From positions 148,918-212,917 of IMG/VR virus record IMGVR_UViG_3300022200_000019: a DNA stretch of 64,000 nucleotides; one strand, 5' to 3'. Under the pieces are notes generated by a model, which was given only the letters and a program-made list of their open reading frames with translations, ran no database searches and was not told the origin of the DNA. This document shows positions 57,601-64,000 of the stretch, in pieces (position 1 is the stretch's first letter; each line of letters starts with the position of its first letter). The translations under genes and the position numbers were made by a program.

Positions 57601-58479
57601 GGATACGATGAAAATACTCACGGTCAGGGTTTGCTAGACTTAGATCAAGCAACACGCCCAGTAGGTGATTTGGGTATTTCGCTAACTGGACGTACAGGAT
57701 CCGCTGTACAGATTTCTGGTAGTATTAGTGTAAACGGTGTTAATGATGCTGTATTAAGCAATATCTCAGCAGTAGACGACTTTGATCGAGACTTTGTTGT
57801 TGACTTGTCAGGTGCTAAAGTTGATCGCAAGATTAGCGTAGAATATGCAGAGCGTCAAAAGGACAATAACAGTTGGGCAGCAAGTATGTCTAATATTTCA
57901 ACCCGTAAGTCTGAATCAGTTCGTTTTGGTGCATCAGAAAATGCCAAAAACTTTGCAATTGGTTATGATCATAAAATCTTTGACACCAATGCTACAGTAG
58001 GCGTAAGTTATACCAAATCTGATTCAAATCCATGGATTGATATGTCTGGCATGTGGGGCGAAGTTAAAGGTGCTCGCACTACAGAACTTAACTTGACATA
58101 TGACTTCTCAGACAATGCATGGGTACAAGCAGGCGCAATGGATACACGCACTGACTTTAGCTCAGGACTTGTTACAGACGTTAGCAACGTGCGTTCTGTG
58201 TACGCAGTAGCAGGATATGACGCAGATAACTATAGCGTGTATGCTGGTATTAAACCTTACGCAGTAGATGGTTCAGTTACTATGCGACTGCCAACAAGCG
58301 TTGATACCGCAGGCGTTATGCACTACGACACAGTAAGCAGCAACATTCGTTCAACGGTAGAAGGGTATGCAGGGTTTAAGCACAACTATACCAAGGACAA
58401 TCATTCTACTACGTTTGTAGGCGTTGTTGATTCGGATGGTGATAAGCATTTAGGATTTAACTATCGCTACAAGTTCTAA
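54610..58479 (+). CDS. Lipoprotein subtilisin (S8) autotransporter with Thr-rich repeat stalk
   Basis: LTGC lipobox; triad IMDSG / GHGTHVAG / GTSMAAP; beta-strand-rich C-terminus ending YRYKF. Confidence 0.85.
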   Translation: MDFTKSKIAIAVATAATLTGCGGGGGGPQTRPSPIIEWGNGVYDPWLLTSSTDTTVNDTTEVDCRNDNYERNVWWEKIIDGVRTGIKGDLIRVETKTEEVCVNTTVSRYEDVETSESTVTRGTTTVETTYTDTTSVTTDVSGNTVTEVWRTYTDTTTTPVTTTTVTTTTRTTYYSNGTSSSEVIDSQTTQETSNDVTSSAREAELVSRTVTANLISSTLSSVDETTTTNGTPTSVTTYTDETRTLEDANGSTVTEVWRVYTTTVTTPVTTTVTTTVTRIDTYSDGRTIPETVSVTPVSSTANTTSTSTTEELLSSTTTPNVVSTSTSSADSVTTSTGTATTETTYVDDVRTSLDANGSTITETWRVYTDTTTTPVTTTTVTTITRTTVYTDGTSVTEPVSVTSADSTENTVTTSTREELQSRTVTPNVASTADSSSDVTSTSTGTATVTTTYVDDVRTSLDANGSTVTETWRVHTDTTTTPVTTTVTTTTTRTTTYTDSSTTSEVIDVSSTESVSNTVTTATREELLSSVTTPNVAGTSDSTSSSTTTTVSDPVFDRTVTNTDTRPDGVWTYYYDYWITTTTAVTTVTTTRTTTYTNGTTNSEVIDVTTTENVTTAETYTTRIVAPEATPADPSAPESNAGTVITQDNAPTLDYDPATYNYLTYYNSNYVGTPTAVDSNDPADFATVEADNGAVLDVNANYAYARGWTGKGSTVMIMDSGIDQDHPEFEGKIKYLWDAGYDTPYEDTNGHGTHVAGIVAANKNDTGMHGIAYDADLAIARITDTGYGNYYAIAALDWAKQYEDIVAANLSSNTVYPSSYRNAMTYQGDGVYTNSDATYGGVNYYNLENPATWAAAMPSELVLTVSAGNQSLGYVQNPATFATAVDADGNLLFDRRMLVVGNWNTSTQSVDGAKSGHVCKDYTVTCNDPYLTKDFYILAPGSQINSTYLNGEYKSMSGTSMAAPVVAGAVAIVHQLWPYMKGSNIAQLLLQTANKTITGYDENTHGQGLLDLDQATRPVGDLGISLTGRTGSAVQISGSISVNGVNDAVLSNISAVDDFDRDFVVDLSGAKVDRKISVEYAERQKDNNSWAASMSNISTRKSESVRFGASENAKNFAIGYDHKIFDTNATVGVSYTKSDSNPWIDMSGMWGEVKGARTTELNLTYDFSDNAWVQAGAMDTRTDFSSGLVTDVSNVRSVYAVAGYDADNYSVYAGIKPYAVDGSVTMRLPTSVDTAGVMHYDTVSSNIRSTVEGYAGFKHNYTKDNHSTTFVGVVDSDGDKHLGFNYRYKF
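54960..56480 (+). repeat. Coding repeat, about 321-nt (107-aa) period, 4 copies plus a partial
   Basis: DDVRTSLDANG at 55648 and 55969 (321 nt apart); recurring TVTE(V/T)WR.YT.TTTTPVTT. Confidence 0.85.
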
Positions 58480-58500
58480 TGATCGCATAAATACTACATT

Positions 58501-58785
58501 ATGCGAGCAACAGAATTAATAAGACACGTTCTAGATTTAATTGACAATATTGAGGCAACAAAAGGCCCCGATGTTGCAGTTAGTGTTACTAACATCACAA
58601 AAGAAGAACCCGAACCCGAAGCAGAATACGCAAACGAACCCAACGAACAGTATGCTCCGGTTAGTGCTGTGACTACTGATATGGGCGGCGGACCTAATAA
58701 GCCTAAACATCCTGCGGACCTTAGAGGCGATTCTCAAAGTCTTTATCCTACCATGCAGTATGATCCATACCGAGGACTACGATAA
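58501..58785 (+). CDS. Small late protein with MRATELI leader
   Basis: ATAAATA at 58487-58493. Confidence 0.65.
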   Translation: MRATELIRHVLDLIDNIEATKGPDVAVSVTNITKEEPEPEAEYANEPNEQYAPVSAVTTDMGGGPNKPKHPADLRGDSQSLYPTMQYDPYRGLR

Positions 58786-59888
58786 TGGCTACGGTAACAG
58801 TACAAAGTTTATTAAACACGGCTGTTTATGATTCGTATACTAGTATTACACTTACAACCAAAACTGTAGCACAACTTAAAGCAGATATTCAAACTGCTAC
58901 CGGTGTCGATGTTGACTGGTTTGATCTTGTATTAAACGAAACTGTACTTGTTGAAGGTAACACACTTTCCGTAGAAGGCGTCCAAGACGGCGACGCATTG
59001 CGCACACATAACAAAATTGCTCGTTTGTCGGATCGTGAAACTAAACAAAAAGCAAAATTAGCACTTGCTGCGCTTGATAGAATTGCCAGTGGCAAGTCAG
59101 GTGAATATGACATCACAGAATTACCAACACAGTATCGTGGTGATGTTGCTGTAGACAATCCTAATACCGGAGGATTATTAGAAGGTCGTCCGTGGTCAAC
59201 TAGCGGTATTGAAGAAACAAACTTGGTTATGTACTTAGATGGTCTTATTACATCTAGCGGTACTACCGTATATGATCAATCACCATTGGGCAACAATGCC
59301 ACACTGGTTGGGCCAACACACGATTCTTCAAACGGTTACTTTACGTTTGACGGTTCAAATGATTATATTCGTTCGTCAGATTTTAATGGTACGGCTGTTT
59401 ACAGCCCAGATACTTTCTCAGCAGGTGCGTGGGTATACCCAACAGCAGCAGGTGTGGTTGTAAGTATTGCCGACGCTAACTCGCCAGCAGGAGCAAGTTA
59501 TCATTACAGTAGTTTAGAAATGGTTGAGTCTGGTGGCAATCCAGTTCCGTACTTTGGATTATGGAACGGCACTAGTATCACATCGGATTCTGGAACAGCA
59601 CTAAGTTACAACACTTGGTATCATATGGTAATAACCTATAATGGAACAACACTAAAAGGCTATATCAACGGCAGCGAAGTTGCCAGTGCCAGTGTTACAT
59701 ACGATAGTCCTGCTGATGATGCTACCGGAGCACAATACTTCTTGTTTGGTGCGTCGGATATTACAAATATGGGCGATGGCACATATTTTAATGGACGTAT
59801 GGGCGAGATTCGGTTGTATAGTGCCGCACTATCGCCAACCGAAGTTGCGGATAACTATAACTTTACTAAATCACGTTACGGATACTAA
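58785..59888 (+). CDS. Ubiquitin-like domain + linker + LamG/concanavalin-A lectin (probable virion protein)
   Basis: Residues 27-73 align ungapped to ubiquitin 22-68; C-terminal FTFDGSNDY, WYHMVITY, YINGS, FNGRMGEIRLY. Confidence 0.75.
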   Translation: MATVTVQSLLNTAVYDSYTSITLTTKTVAQLKADIQTATGVDVDWFDLVLNETVLVEGNTLSVEGVQDGDALRTHNKIARLSDRETKQKAKLALAALDRIASGKSGEYDITELPTQYRGDVAVDNPNTGGLLEGRPWSTSGIEETNLVMYLDGLITSSGTTVYDQSPLGNNATLVGPTHDSSNGYFTFDGSNDYIRSSDFNGTAVYSPDTFSAGAWVYPTAAGVVVSIADANSPAGASYHYSSLEMVESGGNPVPYFGLWNGTSITSDSGTALSYNTWYHMVITYNGTTLKGYINGSEVASASVTYDSPADDATGAQYFLFGASDITNMGDGTYFNGRMGEIRLYSAALSPTEVADNYNFTKSRYGY

Positions 59889-61771
59889 TGGGTAACTTAA
59901 ACGACAACTCAACCAGTTATGTTCACAGTTATGAACCAAACACCAATGACCTCACAATGGCAATGGACTACAATGACGCAGGCGAACCTGCTATCCGCGT
60001 TAAGTCATATATTGAAGGGGATATCACAATTGAAGGCGACGTTAACATACCCGGTTCTGTTGAAATCAGTAATGACATAGGAAATCCTATTCCAGTAAGT
60101 GGTACAATTACAGCATTACAAGGAACAGATCCTTGGACTGTAGATGGCACTGTTAATATTGGCAACGAAGTAAGCATCAACGACGGCGGCAATAGCATTA
60201 CTGTAGATGTCAACGGAAATGTAACTGTTGTTCAAGGAACAACGCCTTGGACTGTAGATGGAACTGTTAATATTGGCACTATGCCTAATGTAACACTTAA
60301 CCAACCAATCGCAGTTACAGACAACGGCAGTAGTCTAACAGTAGATGGAACTGTGGCAGTCAGCAACTTCCCTGCTACACAGACAGTAGATGGAACTGTG
60401 AATATTGGCAACGAAGTAGCAATCAATGATGGTGGCAACAGCATCACAGTTGATGGAACTGTGGGCATCACTGGCGATGTAAATGTAACACAAGGAACAA
60501 CGCCTTGGACCGTGAGCGGCACAGTTACCGTACAAGAAACAGGATTTAACAGCACAGGTAATATTTCTGGATCTAGTGATGCATTCGGTAGGTTGCGTAT
60601 ATCGCAGCCACTTACACTTTTTGATAGTAGTCACAGGTACAGAGACAACAACCTATTTGCAGAAAGCACCAGCGGCGGTGGCTCTAGTTCTTTTAACGCA
60701 AATGCTGGTCTGATTGAAATGGATGTAGGCACAGCCAGCGGCGATGAAGTGCTTCGCGAATCAACAAAGGTAATGAGTTATCAACCTGGTAAGTCGTTGT
60801 TGATTATGAGTACATTTGTTTTTAATGAAGCAAAAACAAATCTTAGACAGCGTGTGGGATATTTCGGTAGTAAAAATGGAATGTATCTTGAACTGGACGA
60901 TAATGATCTGTGTTTTGTAGAACGCAGCAGCGTTACTGGTAGTGTCACTGAAACTAAGATTCCGCAGAGCCAATGGAATGTTGATACCATGGACGGATCT
61001 GCCGGCGCTGGCAATGTTAGCGGCATTACTCTTGATATTACCAAGGCGCAGATATTATGGATGGATATTGAATGGCTAGGACTAGGAAGTTCAAGAATGG
61101 GTTTTGTAATCAACGGGCAGTTTGTGGTTGCTCATGTTTTCCATCATGCTAATCTAATAGACAGTACATATATTACTACTGCTAGTTTGCCATTGAGACA
61201 AGAAATAACCAACACCGGTACAACAACAAGTGCAAGTAAGTCAAAACAAGTTTGCTCAACTGTTATAAGTGAAGGCGGCTATGAACTGCGTGGGCTTCAA
61301 CAAGCCGTGGGTACTCCTATAGCAACACCTCGAGATTTAGCACTTGCAGATACATACTATCCAATCATATCTATTAGGTTGAAGACTAGCCCAGACAGAC
61401 TAGATGCTATCGTTATTATGACTGCAATGAGTCTAATCGGTACAAGTAACAACAGTAACTACAACTGGCGTGTAGTAGCCACTGGAACAACAACAGGCGG
61501 CTCATGGGTAAGTGCTGGCATAGACAGTGCAGTAGAATATAACATAACAGGCACCAGTCACAGCGGCGGGCGTATTCTCGCTAGTGGATGGTTTCAAGGA
61601 AGTAATCAAGGTAGTTCAGTTGTTGATATTTTGAAAGAAGCACTATTTAAGTTTCAACTAGAGCGTGATAGTTTTGTGCCTGAGCCATACGAGCTGACAC
61701 TGGTTGTTGCTACAGACAATGCAGGTTCTGATATGTACGCTACTATCGACTGGGAAGAAATCAGTCGATAA
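59888..61771 (+). CDS. Virion structural/fibre-like protein with TVDGTV repeats
   Basis: Repeated PWTVDGTVNIG and DGGNSITVD; globular C-terminus starting DAFGRLRIS. Confidence 0.65.
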   Translation: MGNLNDNSTSYVHSYEPNTNDLTMAMDYNDAGEPAIRVKSYIEGDITIEGDVNIPGSVEISNDIGNPIPVSGTITALQGTDPWTVDGTVNIGNEVSINDGGNSITVDVNGNVTVVQGTTPWTVDGTVNIGTMPNVTLNQPIAVTDNGSSLTVDGTVAVSNFPATQTVDGTVNIGNEVAINDGGNSITVDGTVGITGDVNVTQGTTPWTVSGTVTVQETGFNSTGNISGSSDAFGRLRISQPLTLFDSSHRYRDNNLFAESTSGGGSSSFNANAGLIEMDVGTASGDEVLRESTKVMSYQPGKSLLIMSTFVFNEAKTNLRQRVGYFGSKNGMYLELDDNDLCFVERSSVTGSVTETKIPQSQWNVDTMDGSAGAGNVSGITLDITKAQILWMDIEWLGLGSSRMGFVINGQFVVAHVFHHANLIDSTYITTASLPLRQEITNTGTTTSASKSKQVCSTVISEGGYELRGLQQAVGTPIATPRDLALADTYYPIISIRLKTSPDRLDAIVIMTAMSLIGTSNNSNYNWRVVATGTTTGGSWVSAGIDSAVEYNITGTSHSGGRILASGWFQGSNQGSSVVDILKEALFKFQLERDSFVPEPYELTLVVATDNAGSDMYATIDWEEISR

Positions 61772-61773
61772 GA

Positions 61774-61803
61774 TTGACATAGAATACAAAAAGGTAGTAT
61801 AAT
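61774..61803 (+). promoter_or_regulatory. sigma70-type promoter
   Basis: TTGACA-N18-TATAAT. Confidence 0.6.
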
Positions 61804-61893
61804 ACGGTATGTTTTTAGGATTACTTACACTACTGCTGATAGCAACAATGTTACTGTTGCTGGAAACATTGGCTGGATTGAACCAGCGCAGGA

Positions 61894-62031
61894 TTAACCT
61901 TCTGCTGCGGGGGTATCTGGAGTTTCTGGTGCCCGATATTCTTCAGGCTTAGGTTCGTTTTTTACAGGCATCCCTGATAAACGTTTAATATCTTTTAGCC
62001 AATCTGCGTAACGATCGTCGTCTTCACTCAT
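61894..62031 (-). CDS. Small acidic/Pro-rich protein (45 aa)
   Basis: MSEDDDRYADWLKDIKRLSGM...PAAEG; ATAAGTA 5 nt upstream. Confidence 0.45.
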   Translation of the reverse strand: MSEDDDRYADWLKDIKRLSGMPVKNEPKPEEYRAPETPDTPAAEG

Positions 62032-62068
62032 AAAAATACTTATCACAGCAAACTGATCTAAATAATTA

Positions 62069-62097
62069 TTGACACATAACTGTTAAAATGTTATAAT
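62069..62097 (+). promoter_or_regulatory. Consensus sigma70 promoter with extended -10
   Basis: TTGACA-N17 (ending TGT)-TATAAT. Confidence 0.85.
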
Positions 62098-62104
62098 TAC
62101 TCAC

Positions 62105-62611
62105 ATGAAAGTAGAAAAAAATAAAGTCTTTTACACTTGGCAAGATGTACAGAGCATGACTCTGGATCTTATTCGCAGCATTGACGCTGCCGAATGGCGC
62201 CCAGATTATGTTGTTGGACTAACACGTGGAGGATTACACGCTGCTAACTTGATTAGTCAATGGTATAATATTCCTATGGAAACATTACGTGTTAGTTTGC
62301 GTGATCACGCTAACACAGAATCTAATGCGTGGATGGCAGAAGATGGTTTACAAACAGGAATGAAAATCCTCATTGTAGATGACATTAATGACTCCGGTGC
62401 TACAATTAACTGGATCAAGGATGATTGGCACTCAAGTGTATACAACGGCAATCGTGAAGCATGGGGCAACAACATTCGTTTTGCTACACTTGTAGACAAT
62501 AGTGCCTCAGATGCAGATGTTGAATATTGTTGTGTAGAAATTAATAAGTTAGATGATCCAGACCTGTGGATCGTCTTCCCTTGGGAAGATTGGTGGTTAA
62601 CACATGAGTGA
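62105..62611 (+). CDS. Type I purine phosphoribosyltransferase (Gpt/Hpt-like)
   Basis: VVGLTRGGL; PRPP loop ILIVDDINDSGAT; WIVFPWE. Confidence 0.9.
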   Translation: MKVEKNKVFYTWQDVQSMTLDLIRSIDAAEWRPDYVVGLTRGGLHAANLISQWYNIPMETLRVSLRDHANTESNAWMAEDGLQTGMKILIVDDINDSGATINWIKDDWHSSVYNGNREAWGNNIRFATLVDNSASDADVEYCCVEINKLDDPDLWIVFPWEDWWLTHE

Positions 62612-62614
62612 CTT

Positions 62615-63328
62615 ATGCTATTACTAGCCGGTTGTAGTTTTATAGCTAATCCAGATCTTCCTGAAGTAGCGTTTGGTCGTGAAGTATGGGATAAAAAGTT
62701 AGTAAGAATAAATGCGTGGGGGGGTGCTGGTAACGCTTTTATATCAAGAGCCGTATTAGATAATCTCGATAAAGTTAACAATGTTCTTATATTGTGGACT
62801 GGTTTTTCTCGTATTGACATTGAACTCCCGGTGGAAATGGTAGATCAAGTTTCGAGTTATTACGAAGGTACACCTATTCATATTACCAATGATACTGTTT
62901 GGCTCCATAGTGGTGGGTTTGATGGAACGTGGTATAATTATAGTCGTACCAAATATGAAAAATACATCTATGAATATATTAAAAGTCAATACTTGCCGTG
63001 CAATTGGAATTACCTGAATAATAAAAATTTACGAATTATTGCCGGAACGTTGAATACTTTAGAACAACTGAATATTGAATACAAGTTTGGATTTATCTAT
63101 GACATTTTTTCAGACCATATCAGCGAACAACAGAGTTTAGGCAGTGCAGTTGATAGAAATAATCCATTGCTTAACTTAATCAATTGGGATAATTGTTTAT
63201 CTGAAACTCCGTACGATTTTTGTAAAGATCGTGGGCTATTGTCCGATGATCGATTCCATCCCACTAGAGAAGGTTATAACCAATGGTGGAATGCAGTAAA
63301 ACAAGATATTACATTTGACTTAACCTAA
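62615..63328 (+). CDS. SGNH/GDSL-like hydrolase
   Basis: LAGCSF, AWGGAGN, DRFHPTREGY. Confidence 0.55.
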   Translation: MLLLAGCSFIANPDLPEVAFGREVWDKKLVRINAWGGAGNAFISRAVLDNLDKVNNVLILWTGFSRIDIELPVEMVDQVSSYYEGTPIHITNDTVWLHSGGFDGTWYNYSRTKYEKYIYEYIKSQYLPCNWNYLNNKNLRIIAGTLNTLEQLNIEYKFGFIYDIFSDHISEQQSLGSAVDRNNPLLNLINWDNCLSETPYDFCKDRGLLSDDRFHPTREGYNQWWNAVKQDITFDLT

Positions 63329-63343
63329 AAAATAAAGTATAAT
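63315..63343 (+). promoter_or_regulatory. sigma70 promoter of queE
   Basis: TTGACT-N17-TATAAT. Confidence 0.8.
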
Positions 63344-63348
63344 TAATT

Positions 63349-64000
63349 ATGAATGAACGTACAATTAAAATAGCAGAAATTTTTTATAGCATACAAGGCG
63401 AAGGAATGTATGCTGGTGTCCCAAGTGTTTTTATTAGAACATTCGGCTGCAATTTTGAATGTAGGTCTTTTGGTTTACCGACCGGGATGATGAGTCAAGA
63501 GCCAGAAAACATTGCGGCAAAAATTGATGAATTTCATAGTTACGAGGAGCTTCCGCTTGCTGAATCAGGCTGCGACAGTTACGCAAGTTGGCATCCTGCT
63601 TTCAAGCATCTTTCACCAAAGATGACTATTTCTAGTATTGTAGACCAAGTGTTAGCATCGATTAATAGAGAACGTATTTACGATCCTGGTGAGAGTTACA
63701 CAGATACGCATATTATTATTACAGGTGGAGAACCACTACTGGGTTGGCAGCGTGCGTATCCAGAACTTATTGATGCGCTATACGCAGAAGGATTCCGCAA
63801 CTTTACATTCGAAACAAACGGCACACAGAAACTTTCTGCAGACTTCAAGGATTATTTGCTAATTAATAATATCAAGAACAAAAAAATTGATCTTACTTTT
63901 AGTGTAAGTGCTAAACTCCCGTGTTCTGGCGAATTGTGGGATAATGCTATTCTTCCTGATGTTGTTACAGAGTACGAACAGTACGGCCGCGCATTTTTAA
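63349..64000 (+). CDS. queE: 7-carboxy-7-deazaguanine synthase (radical SAM), 3'-truncated by window edge
   Basis: Translated by hand: MNERTIKIAEIFYSIQGEG..FIRTFGCNFECRSFG..CDSY..ITGGEPL..FETNGT. Confidence 0.9.
   Translation, partial: MNERTIKIAEIFYSIQGEGMYAGVPSVFIRTFGCNFECRSFGLPTGMMSQEPENIAAKIDEFHSYEELPLAESGCDSYASWHPAFKHLSPKMTISSIVDQVLASINRERIYDPGESYTDTHIIITGGEPLLGWQRAYPELIDALYAEGFRNFTFETNGTQKLSADFKDYLLINNIKNKKIDLTFSVSAKLPCSGELWDNAILPDVVTEYEQYGRAFL

Noticed and set aside
1-64000. Many short antisense or out-of-frame ORFs in the ORF track (e.g. 4147-4497, 13596-14033, 18282-18692, 54933-56552, 62305-62820)
   Set aside because: They lie opposite or inside well-supported genes, lack motifs and start signals, and are explained as shadows of codon bias or repeats.
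1-64000. Stop-codon reassignment (seen in some jumbo phages)
   Set aside because: Genes are full length and tightly packed under the standard code; TAA, TAG and TGA all end genes.
1-64000. Bacterial chromosome origin (amtB, pstS, tct, clpA, folE)
   Set aside because: T4-type late promoters, phage-type PolB and DsbA-like genes, virion-like genes, and absence of partner genes (pstCAB, glnK, clpP) point to a phage.

Overview
Gene-dense, almost entirely plus-strand segment of a large (jumbo-type) T4-like tailed-phage genome. The host is probably a Gram-negative aquatic proteobacterium (inferred from AmtB, PstS, TctAC and an autotransporter). Supporting features: family-B DNA polymerase, probable sliding clamp, DsbA-like DNA-binding protein, PhoH, T4-type late promoters (A/T)ATAAATA and near-consensus sigma70 promoters. 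Blocks: (1) 0-12 kb metabolic/nutrient genes (HAD nucleotidase, radical SAM, phoH, a TctA/TctC transporter with diiron, amidotransferase, methyltransferase and sulfotransferase-like neighbours, amtB, pstS with a Pho-box array). (2) 14-17.5 kb DnaJ, degenerate deformylase and ClpA. (3) 18.8-41 kb about 20 genes, at least 13 of which start with a leader resembling the T4 internal-protein capsid-targeting sequence. They include multi-module proteins carrying nucleotidyltransferase, ParB-like, GNAT, kinase-like and KTSC domains, two buried twin-arginine signals, and four tandem paralogues with a CYYGxGTxWCTA core. (4) 43.5-54 kb and 62-64 kb polymerase, clamp and a 7-deazaguanine DNA-modification pathway (DpdA-like TGT, DpdL-like, FolE, QueD, QueE). 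(5) 54.6-61.8 kb a lipoprotein subtilisin autotransporter with 107-aa Thr-rich repeats, a ubiquitin-like domain fused to a LamG lectin, and a repeat-rich virion protein. No tRNA, rRNA, CRISPR array or transposase was recognised. All assignments come from reading motifs by eye; no database searches were run.
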